Of a stretch of DNA of 64,000 nucleotides, positions 1-7,593 are shown in pieces. Where the stretch lies: contig JADJPR010000015.1 of assembly GCA_016713135.1 (NCBI GenBank), positions 29,080-93,079 on the forward strand. The letters are read 5' to 3'. The DNA comes from Rhodanobacteraceae bacterium. GTDB lineage: Bacteria > Pseudomonadota > Gammaproteobacteria > Xanthomonadales > SZUA-5. Every line of letters starts with the position of its first letter. Position 1 is the stretch's first letter. The notes below the pieces were generated by a model. The model saw nothing but the letters and a program-made list of their open reading frames with translations, was not told the origin of the DNA and ran no database searches. Position numbers and translations under genes: made by a program.

Positions 1-125
1 GCGGGCCTGGCGGCGGTGCGCGGCGTCGGCGCGGTGCCAGCCTGGTCCGCCCGGCGCGCTGTTCCCGGTACTCGCCTTTGCGGTCGCCGGGGTGCTCGGG
101 GCGCGGGCCGGCGCGCCGGTGGCCA

Positions 126-580
126 TCCGCCTGTGGGGGGCTGGCGCGGCGCCGGGCGTGTGCGCTGCCGGGCGGTGCGGTCGTGGCTGGTGCGGGCCGC
201 GGCGCGCGGGGGGGTGTCCGGCGCGCCGCGCGTGCCGGTCCGCGGCCGGTGGCGGGGCGTCCGGCGCGCGGCGGGGGCGCGCGCCGCGCTGCGCGTCGCC
301 CGCGGCGGGGGCCTCCGGCGGCGGTGGCGCGGCGCGCGCGCCGGGGCCGGCGCGCTCGGCCGGCCGCCGTGCTGGCGCGCGGCGGGCGGCGCCTGGTCTG
401 GTCGTGCCTTGCTGCGCGGGGCGCCGCGGTCCGCTGCCGGCCCGCGCCGGCCGGGGGCGGCGCGCCGCGGTGCGCGGGCTGCTGCGCGGGCGGGGGCGTG
501 CCGGCGGGGCGTGGTCCGCCGCCTGTGCCGCGGGCCGGTCGCTGGCTTCGTGCGCGCCTGGTCGTGCCGGCGCGCTGGCC
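126..580. other. Adenine-free, extremely GC-rich, G-skewed tract
   Basis: Hand count of 131-580: G 234, C 165, T 51, A 0. Only three A occur in 1-580 (positions 39, 70, 125). No stop codon in any of the six frames from 1 to about 637. Confidence 0.9.
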
Positions 581-679
581 AGGCGCCGGTGCGCAAGGGC
601 GTCCGTGGGGGCGCGCGCGGCACGCAGGCCAGGCAAATCATCGAACTGGTCGACGCCCTGCCGGCGCGCGCGCGGCGTC

Positions 680-1471
680 TCAGCAAGGTGCGTGGATCAG
701 CCGGATGATGTAGACGCCCGCACCGGTCGGATCGTCGAGGCGCGCAATGCGGCCAACGCCGGGCGCATCGAAGGCCGGGACGCAGGTCTTGCCGCCGAGT
801 TCGGCCGCGCGGCGCAGGCAGGCATCCACGTCCGCCACCGGGATGTACAGCGACCAGTGCGGCGGAATCTCGCCCCATTCCGGGGTCATCTGCAGGATGC
901 CGCCGTAGCGGGTGCCGCCGACGACGTACTCCTGGTACTCGACTCCGGGCGCGGGCTGCTTCGATGCCGGGAATTCCCAGCCGAGCAGTCCGCCGTAGAA
1001 TGCCTTCGCGCCTGCGCTGTCGCGGGTGGCCAGTTCCACCCAGCCGACCGCATGGTGCTCGAACATCGTGAAGTCCCCGGAATCGGCCGAGGCCGGCTGC
1101 CACAAGCAGAACACCGCGCCGGCCGGATCGGCCAATACGGCGCCACGCCCATGGCCAGGCACGTCGAAGGGGCCGAACACCGACTGGCCGCCGAGCTCGC
1201 GGGCGCGCGCCAGGCTCGCGTCGACATCGGCGACCGCGAAATAGACCTGCCAGGCCGAAGGGCGGCCCTCGCTGCCGGGCAGCATGCCGCACAGCGCGCC
1301 GATGGTGCCGCTGGCATTGCGCAGGAAGGTGTAGTTGCCCATCTCGCCCATGTCGTTGTGCACATGGTTCCAGCCGAACAAGGCCTGGTGGAAGGCGAGC
1401 GAGGCATCCGCATTGCGGCTGGTCAGTTCGAACCAGCAGGGCGCCCCGGTGGGCGGGCAATGGAGTGGCAT
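680..1471 (-). CDS. VOC/glyoxalase-family protein with two tandem glyoxalase-like domains
   Basis: ORF 680..1507. Two repeats of the pattern WFEL..D...A..FY..LFGW ... V.DP.GA.F typical of the vicinal-oxygen-chelate fold. ATG at 1471 (MPLHCPP) preferred over GTG at 1507. Confidence 0.75.
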   Translation of the reverse strand: MPLHCPPTGAPCWFELTSRNADASLAFHQALFGWNHVHNDMGEMGNYTFLRNASGTIGALCGMLPGSEGRPSAWQVYFAVADVDASLARARELGGQSVFGPFDVPGHGRGAVLADPAGAVFCLWQPASADSGDFTMFEHHAVGWVELATRDSAGAKAFYGGLLGWEFPASKQPAPGVEYQEYVVGGTRYGGILQMTPEWGEIPPHWSLYIPVADVDACLRRAAELGGKTCVPAFDAPGVGRIARLDDPTGAGVYIIRLIHAPC

Positions 1472-1609
1472 GGGCGAGTCCCGTCTTGTGGGGACATCAG
1501 GGTGCACCGGCGGCGCATCGCTGGCAAGTGCGCAGGGGCCCTGAAATCACTGGAGCGCCGGCTCCGCCAGGCGACCAGTGGCTCGCGCCCGGGCACCTTC
1601 CGGGGGGCG

Positions 1610-2926
1610 CTACCCCACCGGCGGCAGCGCCTGGACCACGCGGTTGCGGCCGGCGCGCTTGGCCGCGTACAGCGCCGCATCGGCACGCGCGAAGAGTTCG
1701 CTCGGACTTTCGCCTGGCCGGTGCTGGGCGATGCCGGCCGAAAAGGTCGAGGCCACCGGCTCGCCGGCGACGCCGACTTCGATGCCGGCATAGCGTCGGC
1801 GCCAGGCCTCGATCTGACGTGCACCGTCGGCGGACTGGGATGCAGTCATGACCACCGCGAACTCCTCCCCGCCATAGCGGAAGGCGAGGTCCTGGGCGCG
1901 GTTGTCGGCCAGCAGCACGCGCCCCAGTTCGGCGAGGAAGCGGTCGCCGACCGCATGCCCATGGCGGTCGTTCAACTGCTTGAAGTGGTCGATGTCGATC
2001 ATCGCCAGGCATGCCGGAATGCCGGCCTGCGCCGCGCGGGTCAGCTCGCGCTGCAGGATCTCGTCGAAATAGCGCCGGTTGTACAGCCCGGTCAGCGGGC
2101 AGCGAATCGCCTGCTCGCGCAACTGCCCGTGCAGCCGCTCGATCTCGGCGATGCGCTGGGCCAGCTCGTCGCGCGCCTCGCGCAACTCCTGTGCGGCGCG
2201 CACGCGCTCGGTCACGTCCTGCTTGATCGCGATGTAATGGCTGACGCGGCCGCGCTCATCCTTGACCGGCGCGATGGTCTGTTCCTCGAAATACTCGCTG
2301 CCATCCTTGCGCCGGTTGACGATGTCGCCATGCCAGACCTCGCCGGCGCGCAGGGCGGACCACAGCCGCGTGTAGAAGTCCGCATCGTGGCGACCGGACT
2401 TGAGCAGGCTCGGGCGGGCGCCGATCAGTTCTTCGGGGGTGTAGCCGGTCATGCGGCATACCGCCGGATTGACTCGAACGATCAGGCCCTCCGCATCGGT
2501 GACCAGCACCCCGCTGGCCGCGGCATCGATCGCCACCGACAGCAGGCGCACCTTCTGCTGCGCCGCGCGGCTGGCGCTGACCTCGCGCATCGCCACCAGC
2601 ACCTGGCGCTGGTCGCCCAACTGCAGGGGCCTGAGCGCGATGTCGACCGGCACCTCGCTCCCGCTGCGGTGCACTGCCGTCAGTTCCATGCCGCTGGCCA
2701 TCGGCCGGTGCGAAGGGTTGGCCATGTAGCCCTCGCGCAGCCGCGAGTGATCGGTCACGCGCAGCGGCACCAGGCACTCCATCAGGCGGCCCTGCAGATC
2801 CTCCGCGCGCCAGCCGAGCAGGGTGTCGCACATGCGGTTGGCGTAGCGGATCACGCCGCCGGCATCGACGAGCACCACGGCATCCGGAAACAACTCCAGC
2901 CAGCCGGTGTCGGTGAGATCGGTCAT
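1610..2926 (-). CDS. PAS-PAS-GGDEF diguanylate cyclase
   Basis: ORF 1610..2962. Two PAS-like segments, then a GGDEF domain with RYGGEEF and an RxxD I-site (RAQD) five residues upstream. Start is ATG 2926 (MTDLTD) or ATG 2962. Confidence 0.85.
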   Translation of the reverse strand: MTDLTDTGWLELFPDAVVLVDAGGVIRYANRMCDTLLGWRAEDLQGRLMECLVPLRVTDHSRLREGYMANPSHRPMASGMELTAVHRSGSEVPVDIALRPLQLGDQRQVLVAMREVSASRAAQQKVRLLSVAIDAAASGVLVTDAEGLIVRVNPAVCRMTGYTPEELIGARPSLLKSGRHDADFYTRLWSALRAGEVWHGDIVNRRKDGSEYFEEQTIAPVKDERGRVSHYIAIKQDVTERVRAAQELREARDELAQRIAEIERLHGQLREQAIRCPLTGLYNRRYFDEILQRELTRAAQAGIPACLAMIDIDHFKQLNDRHGHAVGDRFLAELGRVLLADNRAQDLAFRYGGEEFAVVMTASQSADGARQIEAWRRRYAGIEVGVAGEPVASTFSAGIAQHRPGESPSELFARADAALYAAKRAGRNRVVQALPPVG

Positions 2927-3036
2927 CGCGGCGCCCCCTGCGCATTGCAACGCCCAAGCCATCAGTCTGACGATTGCCCGATGCGTCTGCCTTGACCCGG
3001 CTTAAACTTGCGCGCTTTTCACTCCGGAGCCCCGCC

Positions 3037-4209
3037 ATGCGCCACCCCGCCCAGATCCGCATCCCGGCCACCTACATGCGCGGCGGCACCAGCAAGGGCG
3101 TGTTCTTCCGCCTGGCGGACCTACCGGTGGCGGCGCAGCGGCCGGGGCCGGCGCGCGATGCACTGCTGATGCGCGTGATCGGCAGCCCGGACCCGTATGC
3201 CAAGCACACCGACGGCATGGGTGGCGCCACCAGCAGCACCAGCAAGTGCGTGATCATCGGGCCGGCATCCGTGCCGGATCATGATGTCGATTACCTTTAC
3301 GGCCAGGTGGCGATCGAACAGGCCTTCGTCGATTGGTCCGGCAACTGCGGCAATCTGTCGAGCGCGGTCGGGCCGTTCGCGATCGCCAACGGATTCATCG
3401 ATCCTGCCCGGGTGCCGCGCGACGGCATCTGCACCGTGCGCATCTGGCAGGCCAACATCGGCAAAACCATCGTTGCGCATGTGCCGGTGAGCGCTGGCCA
3501 GGTGCAGGAAACCGGCGACTTCGAGCTCGACGGCGTGACCTTCCCGGCGGCCGAGATCGTGCTCGAGTTCCTCGACCCGGCCGAAGATGATGGCGAAGGC
3601 GGCTCGATGTTCCCGACCGGCAAGCTGGTCGACGATCTGGACGTCCCGGGAGTGGGCACCCTGAAGGCGACCATGATCAACGCCGGCATCCCGACTGTCT
3701 TCGTCAATGCCGCCGACATCGGCCTGGCCGGAACCGAGCTGCAGCCCGAGATCAACGGCGACTCCGCACGCCTGGCCATGTTCGAAGCGATCCGCGCCCA
3801 CGGTGCTCTGCGCATGGGCCTGATCAAGGACCTCGGCGAGGCCGCCACCCGCCAGCACACGCCGAAGATCGCCTTCGTCGCGCCGCCGCAGCCTTACTTG
3901 GCATCGAGCGGCAAGCGCATCGAGGAGGCCGAGGTGCTGGTGCGCGCGCTGTCGATGGGCAAGCTGCACCACGCGATGATGGCCACCTGCGCCGTCGCCA
4001 TCGCCACCGCCGCCTCGGTGCCCGGCACCCTGGTCAACCACGCCGCCGGCGGCGGCCCGCGCGAGTCCGTGCGCTTTGGCCATCCCTCCGGCACCCTCAG
4101 GGTCGGCGCGAAAGCCGAGTTCAAGGAGGGTCAGTGGAGCGTCACCAAGGCGATCATGAGCCGCAGCGCGCGGGTGCTGATGGAGGGGTGGGTGCGCGTG
4201 CCCTTGTAG
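3037..4209 (+). CDS. PrpF/GalD-family isomerase (2-methylaconitate isomerase-like)
   Basis: MRHPAQIRIPATYMRGGTSKGVFF... is the characteristic PrpF N-terminus. About 390 aa. No prpBCD or acnD neighbours, so substrate is unknown. Confidence 0.8.
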   Translation: MRHPAQIRIPATYMRGGTSKGVFFRLADLPVAAQRPGPARDALLMRVIGSPDPYAKHTDGMGGATSSTSKCVIIGPASVPDHDVDYLYGQVAIEQAFVDWSGNCGNLSSAVGPFAIANGFIDPARVPRDGICTVRIWQANIGKTIVAHVPVSAGQVQETGDFELDGVTFPAAEIVLEFLDPAEDDGEGGSMFPTGKLVDDLDVPGVGTLKATMINAGIPTVFVNAADIGLAGTELQPEINGDSARLAMFEAIRAHGALRMGLIKDLGEAATRQHTPKIAFVAPPQPYLASSGKRIEEAEVLVRALSMGKLHHAMMATCAVAIATAASVPGTLVNHAAGGGPRESVRFGHPSGTLRVGAKAEFKEGQWSVTKAIMSRSARVLMEGWVRVPL

Positions 4210-4210
4210 A

Positions 4211-4415
4211 GGGTTGTGGGTTCTGGGTTGTGGGTTGTGGGCGGCAACAGCCCGGTGTGCTGAAGCGCTTGCGGGAGCGGCTTCAGCCACCATTTTTCGC
4301 GCTGAGCCGGGGAAAGATCGCCGACAGAGTCGGCTCCGACGGGCCACGGCGTGCGAGCTTCGCTGCCACAACCCACAACCCACAACCCACAACCCACAAC
4401 CAGAACCCACAACCC
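4211..4415. repeat. Family-A element A1: (GGGTTGT)n arm, REP-doublet core, (ACAACCC)n arm
   Basis: Left arm 4211-4241 gggttgtgggttctgggttgtgggttgtggg. Right arm 4366-4415 ccacaacccacaaccc... is its complement. Core contains gggagcggcttcagcc and gatcgccgacagagtcggctcc. Starts 1 nt after the prpF-like stop. Confidence 0.9.
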
Positions 4416-4475
4416 TCAGACCCCATACCTGTGCCACAGTCCCGCCTTCCACCCACCAACCCGATCGAGCACCCC

Positions 4476-5198
4476 ATGGCCGACCCCATTCGCCTGTCCA
4501 GGCATCTCGCCGCGATGCTGCCGTGCTCGCGCCGGGAGGCGGAGCTTTACATCGCCGGCGGCTGGGTGAGGGTGGATGGGGTGGTCGTCGAGGAACCCCA
4601 GTTCCGCATCACCGATCAGAAGGTGGAACTGGACCTTGGTGCGCAGGCCGAGCCGGCGTTGCCGGCGAGCATGCTCTGGCACAAGCCCGCGGGCGTGGAC
4701 GCCGATGCGCCGGCTGATCCGGCATCGCCGCTGATCCAGCCAGGTTCGCGCGCCGCGGACGATGCCTCGGGGGTTCGGCTGCTGCGCCGCCACTTCACCC
4801 ACCTGGAATCGGTGGTGCCGATCGACGCCGCGGCCAGCGGTCTGGTCGTGCTGACCCAGGACCGCCACCTGGCGCGCAAGCTCAAGGATGACTTCGCGCG
4901 CTTCGAGCAGGAGTACGTCGTCGAGGTCAGCGGCGACATGCCGGCCGATGGCCTGGCGCGGCTGCAGCGCGGCGCGGGCATCCAGCCCTACGGTCCGGCA
5001 GCGATCAAGGCCAGTTGGCAAAGCGAAAAGCGCCTGCGCATCGCCGCCAAGGCGATCCGCCCGGGCCAGGTGCGCCAGATGTGCGAGGCGGTCGGGCTCC
5101 AGGTGGTCGCCATGCGCCGGATTCGCGTCGGGCGGCTGCCGATGGCCAGGCTGGCGGTGGGCGAGTGGCGGTACCTGGCTCCGGACGAGCGGTTGTAG
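4476..5198 (+). CDS. RsuA/RluF-family pseudouridine synthase (S4 domain plus catalytic domain)
   Basis: MADPIRLSRHLAAMLPCSRREAELYIAGGWVRVDG (S4-like). The PIDAAASGLVVLT motif carries the catalytic Asp. The 5' part of ORF 4134..5198 is translated repeat A1. Confidence 0.8.
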   Translation: MADPIRLSRHLAAMLPCSRREAELYIAGGWVRVDGVVVEEPQFRITDQKVELDLGAQAEPALPASMLWHKPAGVDADAPADPASPLIQPGSRAADDASGVRLLRRHFTHLESVVPIDAAASGLVVLTQDRHLARKLKDDFARFEQEYVVEVSGDMPADGLARLQRGAGIQPYGPAAIKASWQSEKRLRIAAKAIRPGQVRQMCEAVGLQVVAMRRIRVGRLPMARLAVGEWRYLAPDERL

Positions 5199-5209
5199 CT
5201 TGGAATCGA

Positions 5210-5362
5210 GTTGTGGGTTGTGGGTTCTGGGTTGTGGGCAGCAAGAGCGCGGGCGGCGGGGGCTAGTCGCCGGCTGCTTCTGCGCACGAATTCACGCAGT
5301 GGCTCCGGACTGGCCGCACCCAGCTTTGGCTGCCCACAACCCAGAACCCACAACCCACAACC
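5210..5362. repeat. Family-A element A2
   Basis: 5210-5238 gttgtgggttgtgggttctgggttgtggg is the perfect 29-nt reverse complement of 5334-5362. Diverged 94-nt core. Confidence 0.9.
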
Positions 5363-5398
5363 ATCAGAATCCCCTGGCGCACAACCGAACGATCACCA

Positions 5399-7282
5399 TC
5401 ACACCACCGCCAGATCCCCCTTGGTCTCCAGCCATTCGCGGCGGTCGCTGGCGCGCTTCTTGGCGAGCAGCATGTCGAGCATGCCGTCGGTGCCGTCGGC
5501 GTCGTCGATGGTCAGCTGCACCAGGCGGCGGGTGTCGGGGTGCATGGTGGATTCGCGTAGCTGCTGCGGATTCATCTCGCCGAGGCCCTTGAAGCGGGTC
5601 ACGTTGACCTGGCCCTTGATCTTCTCGCGCGCGACGCGTTCCAGCAGTTCGGTCTTCTCGCTCTCGTCGAGCGCGTAGAACACCTGTTTGCCCACGTCCA
5701 CGCGGAACAGCGGCGGCATCGCGACGAACACGTGGCCGGCCTGCACCAGGCTGCGGAAGTGGCGCTGGAACAGGGCCGAGAGCAGGGTGGCGATGTGCAG
5801 GCCGTCCGAGTCGGCATCGGCCAGGATGACGATCTTGCCGTAGCGCAGCCCGGACAGATCCGGCTTGCCGGGGTCGAGGCCGATCGCGACCGCCAGGTCG
5901 TGCACTTCCTGCGAGGCCAGCACCGAGGTCGATTCGACTTCCCAGGTGTTCAGGATCTTGCCGCGCAGCGGCAGGATCGCCTGGAACTCGCGCTCGCGCG
6001 CCTGCTTGGCCGAGCCGCCGGCGGAATCGCCCTCGACCAGGAACAGCTCGGTGCGCCCGAGGTCCTGCGAGGCGCAGTCGGCCAGCTTGCCGGGCAGGGC
6101 CGGGCCGCTGGTGACCTTCTTGCGCACCACCTGCTTCTCGGTTTTCAGGCGTGCCTGCGCGCGCTCGATCGCGAGCATCGCGATCTTCTCGCCGAGTTCG
6201 GTGTGCTGGTTCAGCCACAGGCTGAAGGCGTCATGGATCACGCCCTGCACGAAGGGCGCGGCGGTGCGCGAGGACAGGCGCTCCTTGGTCTGCCCGGCGA
6301 ACTGCGGATCCTGCTGCTTGAACGAGAACACGAAACTTAAGCGCTCCCAGATGTCCTCGGGTGCCAGCTTTACTCCGCGCGGCAACAGGTTGCGGAACTC
6401 GCAGAACTCGCGGATTGCGTCGGTCAGCCCGGAGCGCAGGCCGTTGACGTGGGTGCCGCCCTGCGCCGTCGGGATCAGGTTGACGTAGCTTTCCTGGATC
6501 AGCTCGCCCTCGGGCGTCCAGCCGATCGCCCAGTCGGCGGCCTCGGTGGTCTTCTTGATCGCGCCGGTGAAGAGGTCGGCTGGGATCACCTCGCGGTCGG
6601 CCAGTTGCGAGCGCAGGTAGTCCTTGAGCCCGTCCTCGTAGTACCAGCGCTCGGTCTCGTTGGTCGATTCGTCCCACAACGTGACCGTCAGCCCCGGGCA
6701 AAGCACCGCCTTGGCACGCAGCACGTGGCGCAGCCGTGGCATCGACAGCTTGGGCGTGTCGAAATACTTCGCGTCCGGCCAGAAGCGCACCTTGGTGCCG
6801 GTGTTCTTCTTGCCGACGGGACCGACCACGCGCAGCGGCGTGGCCGGGTCGCCGTGCGCAAAGCCGATCGAAAACTCCTGCGCATCGCGCTTGATCGTGA
6901 CCTCGACGCGCTCGCTGAGCGCGTTGACCACCGACACGCCCACGCCGTGCAGGCCGCCCGAGAAGTTGTAGTTCTGGTTCGAGAATTTCCCGCCCGCGTG
7001 CAGCCGGCACATGATCAGCTCGACGCCGGGCACCCCGTGCTCGGGATGGATGTCCACCGGCATGCCGCGGCCGTCATCGATGACCTCGATCGAGCCATCG
7101 TTCCAGACCCGGACCTCGATGTTCTTCGCGTAGCCACTCAGCGCCTCGTCCACCGAGTTGTCCACGACCTCCTGCACCAGGTGATTCGGGCGCGTGGTGT
7201 CGGTGTACATGCCCGGCCGGCGCTTGACCGGCTCCAGGCCTTGCAGGACTTCGATATCGGCAGCGTTGTAGCGGGCGGTCAT
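5399..7282 (-). CDS. parE: DNA topoisomerase IV subunit B
   Basis: GHKL ATPase motifs (VVDNSVDEA, DDGRGMP, GGLHGVG) and Toprim EGDSAGG. About 627 aa without the GyrB insertion. ATG at 7282 (MTARYNAADIEVL); the upstream part of ORF ..7468 is translated repeat A3. Confidence 0.95.
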   Translation of the reverse strand: MTARYNAADIEVLQGLEPVKRRPGMYTDTTRPNHLVQEVVDNSVDEALSGYAKNIEVRVWNDGSIEVIDDGRGMPVDIHPEHGVPGVELIMCRLHAGGKFSNQNYNFSGGLHGVGVSVVNALSERVEVTIKRDAQEFSIGFAHGDPATPLRVVGPVGKKNTGTKVRFWPDAKYFDTPKLSMPRLRHVLRAKAVLCPGLTVTLWDESTNETERWYYEDGLKDYLRSQLADREVIPADLFTGAIKKTTEAADWAIGWTPEGELIQESYVNLIPTAQGGTHVNGLRSGLTDAIREFCEFRNLLPRGVKLAPEDIWERLSFVFSFKQQDPQFAGQTKERLSSRTAAPFVQGVIHDAFSLWLNQHTELGEKIAMLAIERAQARLKTEKQVVRKKVTSGPALPGKLADCASQDLGRTELFLVEGDSAGGSAKQAREREFQAILPLRGKILNTWEVESTSVLASQEVHDLAVAIGLDPGKPDLSGLRYGKIVILADADSDGLHIATLLSALFQRHFRSLVQAGHVFVAMPPLFRVDVGKQVFYALDESEKTELLERVAREKIKGQVNVTRFKGLGEMNPQQLRESTMHPDTRRLVQLTIDDADGTDGMLDMLLAKKRASDRREWLETKGDLAVV

Positions 7283-7347
7283 CGGGTGTGCGGCGGGTTG
7301 CGTTGGGCCGGCATGCTGCAGCGTGCGGGGCGGGGAAGCAACCGGCT

Positions 7348-7525
7348 GGTTGTGGGTTGTGGGTTGTGGGCCGCGAGCTCGCACACCGCAGCCATGTGGG
7401 AGCCGACTCTGTCCGCGATCTCTTCCTGGCGGCCGCCGACAAGAGATCGCGGCTGAAGCCGCTCCCACCGGCTATCGGCACCCAGGCTCTTGCCGCCCAC
7501 AACCCACAACCCAGAACCCAGAACC
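7348..7525. repeat. Family-A element A3 (core inverted relative to A1)
   Basis: Left arm 7348-7370 ggttgtgggttgtgggttgtggg. Right arm 7496-7525 cccacaacccacaacccagaacccagaacc. The reverse complement of the core aligns with the A1 core (gtgggagcggcttcagccgcgatc ... gacagagtcggctcccac). Confidence 0.9.
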
Positions 7526-7559
7526 AAAGAAAAGGCCCCGGAGTCTCCCCCGGGGCCTT
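7524..7559 (-). terminator. Rho-independent terminator of the 1021-aa gene
   Basis: Perfect 10-bp stem aaggccccgg/ccggggcctt (7532-7541, 7550-7559) with an 8-nt loop. Followed on the minus strand by TTTTCTTTGG. Confidence 0.8.
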
Positions 7560-7593
7560 CAGTTACCGCAGTGTGGCTAGATGGCTAGCCGCA

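Noticed and set aside
92-2995. 967-aa ORF on the + strand, plus ORFs 16..708 and 78..713
   Set aside because: It runs antisense through the well-supported VOC and GGDEF genes and through the A-free tract, where every frame is open. The product is Arg/Ala/Gly-rich with no motifs, which is typical of a high-GC shadow ORF.
4134-4475. Small ORFs encoding HNPQPTTHNPQPTT, VVGCGLWVVGCGLW and similar peptides (also at 5200-5400, 7280-7530, 34585-35000, 38900-39260)
   Set aside because: These are simply translations of the (GGGTTGT)n/(ACAACCC)n arms and REP cores in various frames. They appear on both strands at every copy.
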